Shown here: positions 31,653 through 42,505 of the stretch, piece by piece | Layout of the letters: each line of letters starts with the position of its first letter | How positions within the stretch are numbered: the stretch's first letter is position 1 | Assembly (NCBI GenBank): GCA_051117555.1 | Contig: JBNPEG010000086.1 | Coordinates: 1 to 64,000 of the forward strand | Length of the DNA: 64,000 nucleotides | Direction: 5' to 3' | From: Elainellaceae cyanobacterium | Lineage (GTDB): Bacteria > Cyanobacteriota > Cyanobacteriia > CAZCXK01 | Program-made: the position numbers and the translations under genes | Notes under the pieces: generated by a model | What the model was told of the DNA's origin: nothing | Database searches by the model: none | The model's input: the letters and a program-made list of their open reading frames with translations, nothing else

Positions 31653-32452
31653 CTAACGATCACAGTCATGAAACAGGCGATCGCTCATTCGCATGCATCA
31701 ACAGATATAGATATTAATAATGATAACCATTGGATTTAAACCTTTAATTTGATTCAGAATCGTGCAATCAAACTTAGTTTATTCCAAATCAAACGGCATT
31801 GATAAATATGATTAATAAAAACACCCACCTTCAAACAGAAATTTGAACGTTAATTTCTATGATCAATATTAGAAATATTAGACATATCTAGACTCAATTT
31901 TCTAATAATCGGTATTGCAATATCAATGTGAAGAGTTTTCCCTAAAGACAAAACATCTCATTTTCAACGACGAGTGAAAAACTTAAATACAGCAAATGAT
32001 TAAAACTATGAATACTGTGTCAAATGATCAAAACTACGTATTAGTCACCTGTATTAGTTGCCTATAGGGGTTTATAGCTGTATGTCCAGTGCGGAATTGA
32101 GAGAGCCTCCAAGAAAATTTGTATAAGAATTGACTGTCTGAAATAGTTAGAATAGCCATTCCACAGCAGAGTCTAGACGTCTTGAAATCCTTCAGCGTAG
32201 CCAGCCATTGTAGACAAGTATGCTCGGTTAAAAGATCACTCTACCCAACAAAAATGATTAAGCAAGAATTAAGTCATCTTTAAATAAGAAAAACGAATTA
32301 GCGCTATGCCCTCTCTATCAAGAATCAGAGTGTAAGCTTGATAACTGAAATTAGATAACGGTGGTAGATAAGTTTAGATATTGGGTCTATAAAGGATAGA
32401 AAAGCGTAGATTTTGATGCATCTTACTTTTTCTTGTTTAGGACTACACCACT

Positions 32453-34852
32453 ATGACAGTTGCAACGCCTCTTCAAACCAAGCCGTTATCCGATGAAGAC
32501 ATTCGCAAGATTCATGCTTACTGGCGTGCCTGTAACTATCTGGCCGTTGGCATGATTTATCTGCGAGATAACCCCCTGCTCAAAGAGCCGCTTCAACCCG
32601 AGCATGTTAAGCAACGCTTGCTGGGGCACTGGGGTACGAGTCCTGGGCTCAGTTTTCTCTACGTTCATCTCAATCGAGTCATCAAAAAATATGACCTCGA
32701 CATGATCTATATCGCAGGGCCGGGGCACGGTGCGCCTGGGATTTTAGGCCCCGTCTATCTGGAAGGAACCTATTCTGAGATTTATCCAGATAAGAGCGAA
32801 GACGAAGAAGGCATGCGGACCTTCTTCAAACAGTTCTCGTTTCCAGGAGGCATTGGTAGCCACTGCACACCCGAAACGCCAGGCTCAATCCATGAGGGTG
32901 GAGAACTCGGCTATAGCCTTTCCCATGCCTATGGAGCCGTTTACGATAATCCTGATTTAATTGTGAGCTGCGTCGTGGGAGACGGCGAGTCAGAAACAGG
33001 TCCCCTCGCTACCGCCTGGCACTCGAATAAGTTTCTCAACCCGATTCGAGACGGTGCAGTGCTGCCGATTTTGCATTTGAATGGCTACAAAATTGCCAAT
33101 CCGACCATCTTGGCGCGGGTGAGCCACGAAGAACTGGAGGATTTATTCAAAGGATATGGCTATAAGCCCTATTTTGTGGAAGGAAGTGACCCTGAAACCA
33201 TGCATCAGACGATGGCGGCGACGTTAGAAACCGTCATTTCTGAAATTAAAACCATTCAATCAGAAGCTCGCAGCTCAGGCGTGGCGAGGCGTCCACGCTG
33301 GCCGATGATTGTCCTGCGATCGCCCAAAGGTTGGACTGGCCCTGCCCAAGTAGACGGCAAGAAAACCGAAGACTTTTGGCGATCGCACCAAGTCCCCCTT
33401 TCTGGCATGCACAAAAACCCTGAGCATCTCCAACTGCTAGAAACCTGGCTGAGAAGCTATAAGCCGGAAGAACTGTTTGATGAAAATGGCACGCTGATGC
33501 CCGACCTGAAAGCGCTTGCACCAACCGGGTCTCGTCGCATGGGGGCAAATCCACACACAAACGGCGGGTTCTTACGAAAAGATCTGAAGATGCCCGATTT
33601 TCACCACTATGCCGTTTCGGTTGATCAGCCCGGAGCCGTCGACGCCGAAAACACGCGTCCGCTGGGTGACTTCCTGCGAGACGTCATGCGCAATAACATG
33701 ACCAATTTCCGGCTGTTTGGTCCCGATGAAACCGCATCAAACCGCCTCAGCGCCGTTTACGAGGCTAGCAAGAAAGTCTGGATGGGCGATATTTTGCCAG
33801 AAGATTCGAACGGCACCGAAATTGCCACGGATGGGCGCGTCATGGAGATGTTGAGCGAGCACACTCTCCAGGGCTGGTTAGAAACCTATCTCTTGACGGG
33901 GCGACACGGATTTTTCCATACCTATGAGGCATTTGCCCACGTCGTCGATTCGATGTTTAATCAGCATGCCAAATGGCTCGATATCTGTAAGCACGAAGTC
34001 CCCTGGCGATCGCCCGTTTCCTCGCTCAATATTCTGCTCTCATCAACGGTATGGCGGCAAGATCACAACGGCTTCAGTCACCAAGACCCAGGCTATGTCG
34101 ATCTCGTCACCAACAAAAGCCCCGAAGTCGTGCGGGTCTATTTTCCGCCCGATGCTAACTGTCTACTGTCGTGTGCTGATCATTGCCTGCGAAGCAAGAA
34201 CTATGTGAATGTCATCGTCGCAGACAAGCAAAAGCATCTCCAGTTCTTAAACATGCATGATGCGGTTACGCACTGCACCAAAGGCATCGGCATTTGGGAA
34301 TGGGCGAGTAATGATGACTGCGGTAAAGAGCCGGATATTCCCGACGTGGTGATGGCAAGCTGTGGCGATGTGCCCACGATGGAGTCACTGGCAGCCACGG
34401 CAATTCTGCGAGAAGAATTTCCCGAACTTAAGGTGCGGTTTGTGAATGTGGTCGATCTGTTTAAGCTCATGCCAGACACCGAGCACCCGCACGGACTCTC
34501 CGACTGGGATTTTGACAGCCTGTTTACGACCGACAAACCCGTTATTTTCAATTTCCATGGCTATCCCTGGCTGATTCACAAGCTGGCCTATCGACGCACC
34601 AATCATAAAAACCTGCACGTGCGGGGCTATAAGGAGAAGGGCAACATCAATACGCCGCTGGAACTGGCAATCAATAACCAGATTGATCGGTTTAACCTAG
34701 TCATCGACGTGATTGATCGCGTACCGCAGCTTGGATCAGCCGCTGCCTATGTGCGCGAACGCATGCGAAACGCCATCATCGATCACCGTAGCTATGCCTA
34801 CGAAAACGGAATGGATAAGCCGGAGATCGTCAACTGGAAATGGCCTTACTAA
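32453..34852 (+). CDS. xfp: Xylulose-5-P/fructose-6-P phosphoketolase
   Basis: GHWGT, GPGHG, EGGELGY, GDGE, LSEH and QDHNG motifs. Confidence 0.97.
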   Translation: MTVATPLQTKPLSDEDIRKIHAYWRACNYLAVGMIYLRDNPLLKEPLQPEHVKQRLLGHWGTSPGLSFLYVHLNRVIKKYDLDMIYIAGPGHGAPGILGPVYLEGTYSEIYPDKSEDEEGMRTFFKQFSFPGGIGSHCTPETPGSIHEGGELGYSLSHAYGAVYDNPDLIVSCVVGDGESETGPLATAWHSNKFLNPIRDGAVLPILHLNGYKIANPTILARVSHEELEDLFKGYGYKPYFVEGSDPETMHQTMAATLETVISEIKTIQSEARSSGVARRPRWPMIVLRSPKGWTGPAQVDGKKTEDFWRSHQVPLSGMHKNPEHLQLLETWLRSYKPEELFDENGTLMPDLKALAPTGSRRMGANPHTNGGFLRKDLKMPDFHHYAVSVDQPGAVDAENTRPLGDFLRDVMRNNMTNFRLFGPDETASNRLSAVYEASKKVWMGDILPEDSNGTEIATDGRVMEMLSEHTLQGWLETYLLTGRHGFFHTYEAFAHVVDSMFNQHAKWLDICKHEVPWRSPVSSLNILLSSTVWRQDHNGFSHQDPGYVDLVTNKSPEVVRVYFPPDANCLLSCADHCLRSKNYVNVIVADKQKHLQFLNMHDAVTHCTKGIGIWEWASNDDCGKEPDIPDVVMASCGDVPTMESLAATAILREEFPELKVRFVNVVDLFKLMPDTEHPHGLSDWDFDSLFTTDKPVIFNFHGYPWLIHKLAYRRTNHKNLHVRGYKEKGNINTPLELAINNQIDRFNLVIDVIDRVPQLGSAAAYVRERMRNAIIDHRSYAYENGMDKPEIVNWKWPY

Positions 34853-34865
34853 GAGCGTTCCAGCA

Positions 34866-34990
34866 CTAGTGTTGTGACATGCCTAAAATAGTGCAAATCC
34901 CTAAAGGGCTGAAGCTCTTGAATCCGGTGCGTTACGCTGCGCTAACGACACCCTACCTAATGCATTATTTTAGCTATGCCACGCCAGTAG
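34866..34990. mobile_element. Degenerate miniature inverted-repeat element
   Basis: Imperfect 30-bp TIR CTAGTGTTGTGACATGCCTAAAATAGTGCA versus reverse complement CTACTGGCGTGGCATAGCTAAAATAATGCA. Confidence 0.65.
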
Positions 34991-35086
34991 GTTGGTGTTG
35001 AGCGTAGCGAAACCCAACAAGCTCTGGTATCGTTGGGTTTTCCTTACGGAATGCTTAGCAAACGCTATGGCTCAGCCCCAACCTAC
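34987..35086. repeat. GTAG-type REP doublet
   Basis: GTAGGTTGG...GAAACCCAAC and inverted GTTGGGTTT...CCAACCTAC. Confidence 0.7.
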
Positions 35087-35096
35087 GAGATGAGCC

Positions 35097-35180
35097 CAGT
35101 ATAAGACGACGGAAGTTTCATACCCATAGTGTGAGCGTCTCGCTCACGTCGCGGGCAAGATGCCCGCACTCCCACTGTGC
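35097..35180. repeat. Dispersed repeat homologous to 53589..53698
   Basis: Shared AGTGTGAGCGTCTYGCTCACGTCRCRGGCAAGATGCCCGCA core. Confidence 0.8.
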
Positions 35181-35238
35181 CAACAGCCTATTTGCGGTTC
35201 CTATTCCCATACTCCTGTAATGTTTTGAGGCATCGGCG

Positions 35239-36237
35239 ATGAAGATTGGAGTCTTTAGCACAAAGCCTTACGACAAGCGATTTCTCAATGAGGCGAATCG
35301 CCCCTATGATCACGAACTGGTGTTTTTTGAGCCTCGGCTGACACCAAAAACGGCAGTCCTAGCAGATGGGTTTCCAGCAATCTGCGCATTTATTAATGAC
35401 CAGCTTGATGAACCCACGCTACGGGCGATCGCCTCAACAGGGACTCGACTGATTGCCCTCCGCTCTGCCGGATTCAACAATGTCGATTTGAAGGTCGCAG
35501 CAGACCTTGACATGACCGTTTTGCGGGTGCCTGCCTATTCGCCGTATGCGGTGGCAGAGCATGCCGCAGGGCTGATCTTGATGCTCAACCGTAAGCTCTA
35601 TAAAGCCTACAATCGCGTTCGAGACGATAATTTTTCACTCAGTGGATTGCTTGGCTTCGACCTGCACGGCTCAACGATTGGCATTATAGGCACGGGTAAA
35701 ATCGGTCAGTGTTTTGCTCAGATTATGAAAGGCTTTGGGTGTCATCTCCTTGCCTATGATGTGTACCAAAATCCCGACTGTTTGGAGTTGGGTGTCAAAT
35801 ATCTTGACTTGCCTGAGGTGTTAGCAACGTCTGATATTGTCTCGCTGCACTGTCCTCTGGTGGCAGACACGTATCACCTCATCAACGACAAAACGATTGA
35901 GCAACTCAAGCCTGGAATGATGCTGATTAATACCAGTCGGGGCGGGCTCGTTGATACGTCTGCTGCGATTCGCGCAATTAAGTCTGGCAAAATCGGGTAT
36001 TTAGGACTCGATGTCTACGAAGAAGAAGCCAATATCTTTTTTGAAGACCTGTCGGATACCGTGATTCAAGATGACACGTTTCAGTTGCTCCAGTCATTTC
36101 CCAACGTGGTGATCACCGCGCATCAGGCATTTTTTACTCGCAATGCGCTAGAGGCGATCGCCCAAACCACGCTTTCAAATATCACCGATTTTGCCGAGGG
36201 GCGACCGTGCCCCAATCAGGTCAAATTTCAGCCCTAA
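35239..36237 (+). CDS. ldhA: D-lactate dehydrogenase / D-2-hydroxyacid dehydrogenase
   Basis: RVPAYSP.AVAEH, GTGKIG, INTSRG, DVYEEE and HQAF motifs. Confidence 0.9.
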   Translation: MKIGVFSTKPYDKRFLNEANRPYDHELVFFEPRLTPKTAVLADGFPAICAFINDQLDEPTLRAIASTGTRLIALRSAGFNNVDLKVAADLDMTVLRVPAYSPYAVAEHAAGLILMLNRKLYKAYNRVRDDNFSLSGLLGFDLHGSTIGIIGTGKIGQCFAQIMKGFGCHLLAYDVYQNPDCLELGVKYLDLPEVLATSDIVSLHCPLVADTYHLINDKTIEQLKPGMMLINTSRGGLVDTSAAIRAIKSGKIGYLGLDVYEEEANIFFEDLSDTVIQDDTFQLLQSFPNVVITAHQAFFTRNALEAIAQTTLSNITDFAEGRPCPNQVKFQP

Positions 36238-36250
36238 GAGTAATGGACTT

Positions 36251-37420
36251 TTAAACCAAATACGGCACGGATGGGTTTGCCACTGGGTTGGCCAAAGGCG
36301 CATACAGCGTGTCTCGTTGCTGAGCGGGTCGCCCCAACGAGGCGATCGCCCGTTGCAGGTCATCGACCTCCATACAGGTTCCACCCTGGGCACCCGCCAT
36401 CGTGGTGATGTGTTCTTCCATGAGCGTGCCGCCGATGTCATTACATCCCCATTGGAGCGCCTCGGTCGCGCCTTGAAGCCCTAGCTTCACCCAGCTTGGT
36501 TGATGATTCACAATCCAGTTGCCTAAGAAAATCCGCGCGACAGCCGTCAGCAACAACGCATCGGAACGTACAGGCTGGTCGCGTCCTACCCGACGGCGCA
36601 GTGGCTTTGGAGCATCTTGCCCCACAAAGGGCAGCAAAATAAATTCGGTAATGCCGCGATCGCCTCGGTGGTAAGCTGCCTGCTGGAGCGATCGCAGGTG
36701 CCCCAAATGACGAATCTGCTGTTCTGACGTTTCAATGTGTCCCGACAACATCGTACTCGTCGTTGGCATGCCGAGGCGATGGGCGGTTTCCACAATGTCT
36801 AGCCAGGTTGCCGTATTAATTTTTTCAGGGCAAAGAATTTGTCGTACGATGTCATCCAAGACCTCTGCCGCAGTGCCGGGCATGGAACCAACTCCCGCGT
36901 CTCGGAGCGCCGCAATCACAGCCGCGTAACTCACCCCATCTTCGCGGGCAATAAATTCGACCTCTTGAGGCGAAAAGGCATGAAGATGTAGATTGGGAAA
37001 CTCATCTCGGATGGTCTGAATAAGCCGCACATAATAGGCTAGCGAGGTTCCGTCTCGCTTTGCTTTGAGATTCAACCCCCCTTGCATACAGATTTCCGTT
37101 GCTCCACGCTGCACCGCATCGGTTGCTTTTTCAAGAATTGTGGCTTCATCCAGCCAATACGCGCCGTCTTGGCCTTCATCTCGACGAAAGGCGCAAAAGC
37201 TACAGTGCTGCTCGCAAATATTTGTGAAATTGATGTTGCGATTCACCACGTAGGTAACGGTGTCTCCAGACTGCCGATGGCGAAGCTGATCAGCCACCTG
37301 TTGAATAGCGGCGATCGCTCCCGGATCAGTTTGGATGAGCAACATAACGCCCTCTGTCTCGGTAATGTCTTCTCCGTGAAGAGCGCGTTTTAGAATTGAA
37401 TCGACAGCTTGAGGTATCAC
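36251..37420 (-). CDS. cofH: FO synthase subunit CofH (radical SAM)
   Basis: [24 protein letters not shown] and GGTLMEE motifs. Confidence 0.92.
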   Translation of the reverse strand: MIPQAVDSILKRALHGEDITETEGVMLLIQTDPGAIAAIQQVADQLRHRQSGDTVTYVVNRNINFTNICEQHCSFCAFRRDEGQDGAYWLDEATILEKATDAVQRGATEICMQGGLNLKAKRDGTSLAYYVRLIQTIRDEFPNLHLHAFSPQEVEFIAREDGVSYAAVIAALRDAGVGSMPGTAAEVLDDIVRQILCPEKINTATWLDIVETAHRLGMPTTSTMLSGHIETSEQQIRHLGHLRSLQQAAYHRGDRGITEFILLPFVGQDAPKPLRRRVGRDQPVRSDALLLTAVARIFLGNWIVNHQPSWVKLGLQGATEALQWGCNDIGGTLMEEHITTMAGAQGGTCMEVDDLQRAIASLGRPAQQRDTLYAPLANPVANPSVPYLV

Positions 37421-37477
37421 AAAAATTCAGCGATAAAATACATCACTCTTCATTGTGACAGTCTATAGGGGCGATCG

Positions 37478-38257
37478 CTAGGCAGGGACCAATTCAGGAT
37501 GGAGCGTGAGAATCTCAACACCATCCTTTGTAACGGCGATCGTATGCTCAAACTGAGCCGATAGCTTTCGATCCTTAGTTACCGCAGTCCAATTATCGTC
37601 AAGCACCTCAACCTCCCAGGTGCCTTCATTAATCATCGGTTCAATGGTAAACACCATTCCGGCACGCAGCTTTTTGCCTTTCCCTCGCGTTCCATAGTGC
37701 GGAACCTGCGGCGCGGTGTGAAACACCCGACTGACCCCGTGCCCGACAAAATCACGCACGACTGAGAAATGGTTCGCTTCTGCATATTCCTGAATCGCCG
37801 CGCCAATATCCCCGATGCGAGCTCCTGGTTTTACTTCAGCAATGCCTCTCATCATGCATTCTTCCGTGACTGCGACCAGCTTCTCAGCAAGCGGAGACGA
37901 GTGACCCACAAAAAAGGTGCGAGACGTATCACCGTGAAATCCATCGAGAATTGGTGTGACATCGATGTTGATGATATCGCCGTCTTTCAAAATTTGCTTT
38001 GCGTTGGGAATGCCGTGGCACACCACCTCATTCACGCTGGTGCAAATTGACTTCGGAAACCCGTGGTAGCCAAGAGGGGCACTGATTGCACCGTGCTCAC
38101 GAGTCCACTGCTCGGCTTTGTCATTCAACTCTAGAGTGCTGACTCCAGGTTTCACAAAGGGTTCTAAATATGCTAACAACTCCGCCGCCAAGCGTCCGGC
38201 TTGACGCATCTTTTCGATTTCGCGGCTAGATAATATGACAATCGGTTCGCTATCCAT
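37478..38257 (-). CDS. map: Type I methionine aminopeptidase
   Basis: SVNEVVCHGIP, GHG, FTIEPM and QFEHT motifs. Confidence 0.97.
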   Translation of the reverse strand: MDSEPIVILSSREIEKMRQAGRLAAELLAYLEPFVKPGVSTLELNDKAEQWTREHGAISAPLGYHGFPKSICTSVNEVVCHGIPNAKQILKDGDIINIDVTPILDGFHGDTSRTFFVGHSSPLAEKLVAVTEECMMRGIAEVKPGARIGDIGAAIQEYAEANHFSVVRDFVGHGVSRVFHTAPQVPHYGTRGKGKKLRAGMVFTIEPMINEGTWEVEVLDDNWTAVTKDRKLSAQFEHTIAVTKDGVEILTLHPELVPA

Positions 38258-38324
38258 GAACGTTTTAGTATAGTTCTATCTACTTTATAGTAACCATCTT
38301 CCTTACACCTTTATAGTAACCATC

Positions 38325-38463
38325 GGGAACATGTCACCTTTGCAAATTTGCCCTCATCCCCCAACCCCTTCTCCCAAGCAGGGAGAAGGGGAGCCGGATT
38401 GAAGTCCCTCTCCCGCTTTGGGAGAGGGATTTAGGGTGAGGGCTACAAAAGTGACATGCACCC
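38325..38463. mobile_element. MITE family A, intact copy with 9-bp target-site duplication
   Basis: GGGAACATGTCAC / GTGACATGCACCC ends; GTAACCATC on both flanks. Confidence 0.9.
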
Positions 38464-38496
38464 GTAACCATCTTCCTTACACCGTGAACTAATCGC

Positions 38497-39291
38497 ATGC
38501 CAGAACTTCCAGATGTAGAAGTATTTAAGCAATATCTTGATTCAACATCGTTGCATCAAACAATCCGGCACGTAGATGTATCAAACTCTAAAGTCTTAGA
38601 AAATACGTCAGCTCAGGTATTCAAAAATCAGCTTAAAGACTGTCAATTCCAATCTTCAAGTCGGCAAGGTAAGTATCTGTTTGTTGAACTCAGTAGCGGT
38701 GAATGGCTAGTGTTCAGTTTTGGGATGACGGGCAGTTTGAAGTACTTCAAAAACGATGATCAAATGCCCGACTATCCTCGTATTAGATTCGACTTTGTAA
38801 ATGAGTTCCACCTTGTTTATGCCTCTCAACGCATGTTAGGAAAGGTCATGCTAACGGGCGATCGCAAGCAGTTTATCGAGGCTCACCAGCTCGGACTCGA
38901 TGCAATCAGTCCGGATTTAGATGAATCTAGGTTTCGGCAGGTCATGAAAGGTAGACGGGGAATGCTGAAATCTACCCTAATGAATCAGCATGTCATTGCC
39001 GGGATTGGAAATGTGTATGCGGATGAAATTCTATTCCATGCTGGGTTTCATCCCAAGACTTCCGTGAAAGAATTGGACGATAACCATTTTGATACCCTCT
39101 TTCGAGCGATGCAGGAGGTCTTACAGGTGGCGATCGCTCATCGGGCTGATCCGGAACAACTGCCTAACTCCTATCTCCTTCCCCATCGCCATGATGGCGG
39201 GAAATGCCCCAAGTGCGGAGAATCATTGCAGCATATCAAAGTCTCAGGGCGCACCGCCTATTATTGTCCTCAATGTCAGCCTAAGCCGTAA
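38497..39291 (+). CDS. Fpg/Nei family DNA glycosylase
   Basis: MPELP.VE N-terminus, GIGNVYADE and a C4 zinc finger. Confidence 0.92.
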   Translation: MPELPDVEVFKQYLDSTSLHQTIRHVDVSNSKVLENTSAQVFKNQLKDCQFQSSSRQGKYLFVELSSGEWLVFSFGMTGSLKYFKNDDQMPDYPRIRFDFVNEFHLVYASQRMLGKVMLTGDRKQFIEAHQLGLDAISPDLDESRFRQVMKGRRGMLKSTLMNQHVIAGIGNVYADEILFHAGFHPKTSVKELDDNHFDTLFRAMQEVLQVAIAHRADPEQLPNSYLLPHRHDGGKCPKCGESLQHIKVSGRTAYYCPQCQPKP

Positions 39292-39300
39292 GCGATTAGC

Positions 39301-39394
39301 TATAGCAATAGCAATCCCAGATGGGTTGTGAGTGGTGGGGCGGGCGGCGTCCTACCCCTCACACACAATTCACAAGCGATTTAGGATCGCTATA
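39301..39394. mobile_element. TA-flanked MITE family E, copy 1
   Basis: ATAGCAATCCCAGATGGGTTGTGA ... TCACAAGCGATTTAGGATCGCTATA. Confidence 0.8.
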
Positions 39395-39694
39395 TTGGCG
39401 ATTAGCATTCAGTTTGGATATAAGCACATTTGCGCCAGTATAACCAAAGAGAGATTCTTACTCCGTACCATTTGAGGTATCACTCTGACAGACACATAGA
39501 AATTCCTAGACATACTTGAGTCCAAGGATTTTACGTTGGCATGGAAACACGGTTTTCTGTTGCTCTTTTCACAATTTGGGTAGGAATCCTATACCTGCCC
39601 GATCCAGATTGAAAGTAGGTTGAAACTCCGACGTCATCGTTCGGCATTTCAGCGTATCGATAGCTCTGCATGTGCCCTATACACTAAGTGCGCT

Positions 39695-40186
39695 ATGACT
39701 TTTGAATTTCTTCCAGAGTGGGTTAAAACGGGGTCACAATTTATCCATCCCACGGTGATGCTAACCTTGCTGTTCTTTACGTTCTATACGCTCTATCTCG
39801 GCATCAAGGCTCAGAAAACGCGTACTGCTGAAGGAGACGAAAAGAAAGAGCTTGTCAAAGGACGATATGGCATCAGGCATCACAAGCTCAGTTCAATCCT
39901 GCTAGCTATTTTTGTGCTGAGTCCCTTGTTTGCTATGTTGGTGACCTATATCAACAATGGCAAGCTCATTCTTGGACCTCATCTTGTTGTAGGCTTGACC
40001 ATTACTGGACTTGTTGCCATGTCTGCTTCCCTTGCTCCATTTATGCAAAAGGGTAATATTCCGGCCCGCTATGCTCACGTAGTTTTGAATGTCGGGGTTT
40101 TGGGCTTATTTAGCTGGCAGGTCTTTACGGGGTTGAAAATCGTACAAACTATTATCAGCCATCTAACTACGGCAAGTCCGGCGTGA
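39695..40186 (+). CDS. DUF4079 family membrane protein
   Basis: FIHP..M, HH, GPHL and terminal H within 4 TM helices. Confidence 0.85.
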   Translation: MTFEFLPEWVKTGSQFIHPTVMLTLLFFTFYTLYLGIKAQKTRTAEGDEKKELVKGRYGIRHHKLSSILLAIFVLSPLFAMLVTYINNGKLILGPHLVVGLTITGLVAMSASLAPFMQKGNIPARYAHVVLNVGVLGLFSWQVFTGLKIVQTIISHLTTASPA

Positions 40187-40188
40187 AT

Positions 40189-40321
40189 GAGAGCGTTTAA
40201 ATTTTCGTGTAAGTGCGACCGTCCTCGGTCGCCTGTGCCCTAACCGTGGGGATGTGAGCGAGACGTTATGCTCCACATTGCCAGGGCAAACACTCAATTA
40301 CACAAAATTTGGAACACTCTC
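40189..40321. mobile_element. MITE with IS256-like ends and near-perfect 8-bp target-site duplication
   Basis: GAGAGCGTTTAAATTTTCGTGTAA / TTACACAAAATTTGGAACACTCTC; flanks GCGTGAAT / GCGTAAAT. Confidence 0.8.
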
Positions 40322-40410
40322 GCGTAAATTGGCTTGGCATTCAAGGACAATTTTGAGATGCGCTATGTGTCTTGCATGCTTAACTAAGCCCTTTAAATTG
40401 CACATTGCTC

Positions 40411-40493
40411 TATAGCAATCCCAAATGGGTTGTGAGTGGCGGCGCCCGCCCCACCACTCACAACCCATTCACAAGCGATTTAGGATCGCTATA
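40411..40493. mobile_element. TA-flanked MITE family E, copy 2
   Basis: TATAGCAATCCCAAATGGGTTGTGA ... TCACAAGCGATTTAGGATCGCTATA. Confidence 0.85.
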
Positions 40494-40502
40494 TTAAGTC
40501 TT

Positions 40503-40877
40503 ATGGATATTAATCATCCGGCCATTGTTACAGAGGTCACGGCTGCATTTGAGCGCTACGAGGCAGCTTTGATTCACAATGATGTCCTGGTCCTGGATGA
40601 GCTATTTTGGAACAGTCCTTACACCATTCGGTATGGTGCAACTGAAAATTTGTATGGATATGAGGCGATCGCCCGATTTCGCAGTCAGCGATCGCCCATG
40701 GGGTTGACGCGCACCTTATCGAATACCATCATTACCACCTATGGGCGCGATTTTGCGACAGCGAATACTGAATTTCAGCGCGACGAGTCTGGCAAAATCG
40801 GACGACAAAGCCAAACCTGGATGCGGACTCCTGAAGGATGGCGAGTTGTGAGTGCCCATGTATCGTTTCTTCCATAG
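40503..40877 (+). CDS. hpxZ: AtzH-like / oxalurate catabolism protein HpxZ (DUF3225)
   Basis: F.RYE.AL..NDV.VLDELFW, RYG..ENLYG, GRQSQTW and WRVVSAHVS motifs. Confidence 0.88.
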   Translation: MDINHPAIVTEVTAAFERYEAALIHNDVLVLDELFWNSPYTIRYGATENLYGYEAIARFRSQRSPMGLTRTLSNTIITTYGRDFATANTEFQRDESGKIGRQSQTWMRTPEGWRVVSAHVSFLP

Positions 40878-40949
40878 GCGTGCCCAGATTGCGCGCCGCG
40901 ATTTTACCCCCTTGCCGATACACTAAGATTAACGCTCTGAGCAAATGCT

Positions 40950-41657
40950 ATGACTGTTGCTGATACCCCAGCCGACGATATTCGTTTGCCACCGTGTGAT
41001 CTTTGGAGTGATGAACCCCCCTTGGAAAGCGACTGGCATCGCGATCAAATTGACCTGCTATTAGCCTGTTTACGATTCTGGTGGCGCGATCGCAGCGACT
41101 ACTATGCGAGCGGCAACCTTACCATCTATTACAGCGAAGACAAAATAACGACTCGAGATTTTCGGGGTCCTGATTTCTTTGTCGTCTTAGGGACAGAAAA
41201 TCGCCCACGCCGCAGTTGGATGACATGGGTAGAAGGAGGTAAATACCCTAATGTCATTATTGAGCTGCTATCCAATAGCACCGCAAGCGTCGACCGCAAC
41301 GAAAAAAAGCTCCTCTATCAAGACACCTTCCGCACGCCCGAATATCTCTGGTTTCACCCTGAAACCCTAGAATTCAAGGGATTTCGGCTAATGGCGGGTA
41401 ACTATCAGCCCATTGAGCCCAATTCTCGCGCATGGCTCTGGAGTCAGCAGCTTGATTTATATTTAGGAATTCACGAAGATCGGCTCCGCTTCTTCACGTC
41501 AGATGAAATACTCGTACCCACGCCCCAAGAGCGAGCAGAACAGGAAGCTCAGCGAGCAGAACAGGAGGTTCAACAACGCCGACAAGCTGAATATCAAGTC
41601 GCTGCGCTTCAGGCAAAATTGAGAGAACTGGGTGTTGATCCCGATACGCTCGCATAA
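40950..41657 (+). CDS. Uma2 family (DUF820) PD-(D/E)XK endonuclease-like protein
   Basis: SDEPPLES..H, GPDFFVV and IIELLS.ST motifs; ERAEQEAQ coiled tail. Confidence 0.93.
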   Translation: MTVADTPADDIRLPPCDLWSDEPPLESDWHRDQIDLLLACLRFWWRDRSDYYASGNLTIYYSEDKITTRDFRGPDFFVVLGTENRPRRSWMTWVEGGKYPNVIIELLSNSTASVDRNEKKLLYQDTFRTPEYLWFHPETLEFKGFRLMAGNYQPIEPNSRAWLWSQQLDLYLGIHEDRLRFFTSDEILVPTPQERAEQEAQRAEQEVQQRRQAEYQVAALQAKLRELGVDPDTLA

Positions 41658-41678
41658 GACTGAGCGATCGCCTTCTCA

Positions 41679-42449
41679 TCAACGCATTCGGTCTGAAAGA
41701 AGCATCTCACTCATTTCACAAAATCCCTCTGCTTCAGCATGCTGAGTCACAAACCTTGGCGGATGGGTCATCTGATTGAGGTAATCCAGAACATTCGCGA
41801 CACCGACGGAGTGAGGAAACTGAACCGGATTGAATAGGCTCTCATCATTTGGACTATCTCCGACAGTCAGAACATGGTCTGGATTAAAATCGGAGAATTG
41901 TGCTTGCAAGACCTCAAGCAACGCTGTTGCCTTGTCTTGACCGTGCGGTTTGATGTGACACTGCACCGTACTATAGGTAAAACTCCATCCCTGCGCCTCG
42001 CAGCGCTCCTGTAGAGTTTGCAACTCAGACCTGCTTAAGCCCTCAACATCAAACGTCCAGTCTGTAATCCGAAAGCGATTATCAGATGACTCGTGAAGCA
42101 TAGGGTATTCAGCACTCAGGCTTGCGAAGGTTTGACTCAGATTGGCTCGATGGTTCTGAATATCCCTAATGGGTGAAATCAAGTGAAGCTCGCCGTCCGC
42201 CGAATAAAAAAGACCACCATTTTCGGCGATCGCCCCTTGAACTGGCAGATAGCTCACTATGCCCTCAACCCACCCTGCCGATCGCCCTGTCACAACCAAA
42301 ACCGGAATGCCTGCACGAGCCAAATCCGTTAGAGTTTGCAGCATGCGAGCCGTAAACTTGCCTGATTGGGTTAATGTTCCATCCATGTCGGTAGCAATTA
42401 GACGAATATTCTTGACAGAATCGGCATAAAGTCGTTGAGTTTTGAGCAT
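41679..42449 (-). CDS. HAD-IIB family hydrolase
   Basis: DMDGTLT, TGR and GDSPND motifs. Confidence 0.92.
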   Translation of the reverse strand: MLKTQRLYADSVKNIRLIATDMDGTLTQSGKFTARMLQTLTDLARAGIPVLVVTGRSAGWVEGIVSYLPVQGAIAENGGLFYSADGELHLISPIRDIQNHRANLSQTFASLSAEYPMLHESSDNRFRITDWTFDVEGLSRSELQTLQERCEAQGWSFTYSTVQCHIKPHGQDKATALLEVLQAQFSDFNPDHVLTVGDSPNDESLFNPVQFPHSVGVANVLDYLNQMTHPPRFVTQHAEAEGFCEMSEMLLSDRMR

Positions 42450-42505
42450 AACCGCCTACACTGGGTAGTTGACTAGACTGAATTCAAGATACCTCGTTAC
42501 CCCCC

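Noticed and set aside
40425..40502. N-terminal extension of hpxZ
   Set aside because: Translates MITE sequence; family similarity begins at ATG 40503
40950..41657. Uma2 gene as a defence system
   Set aside because: Common multicopy cyanobacterial family with no partner defence genes nearby
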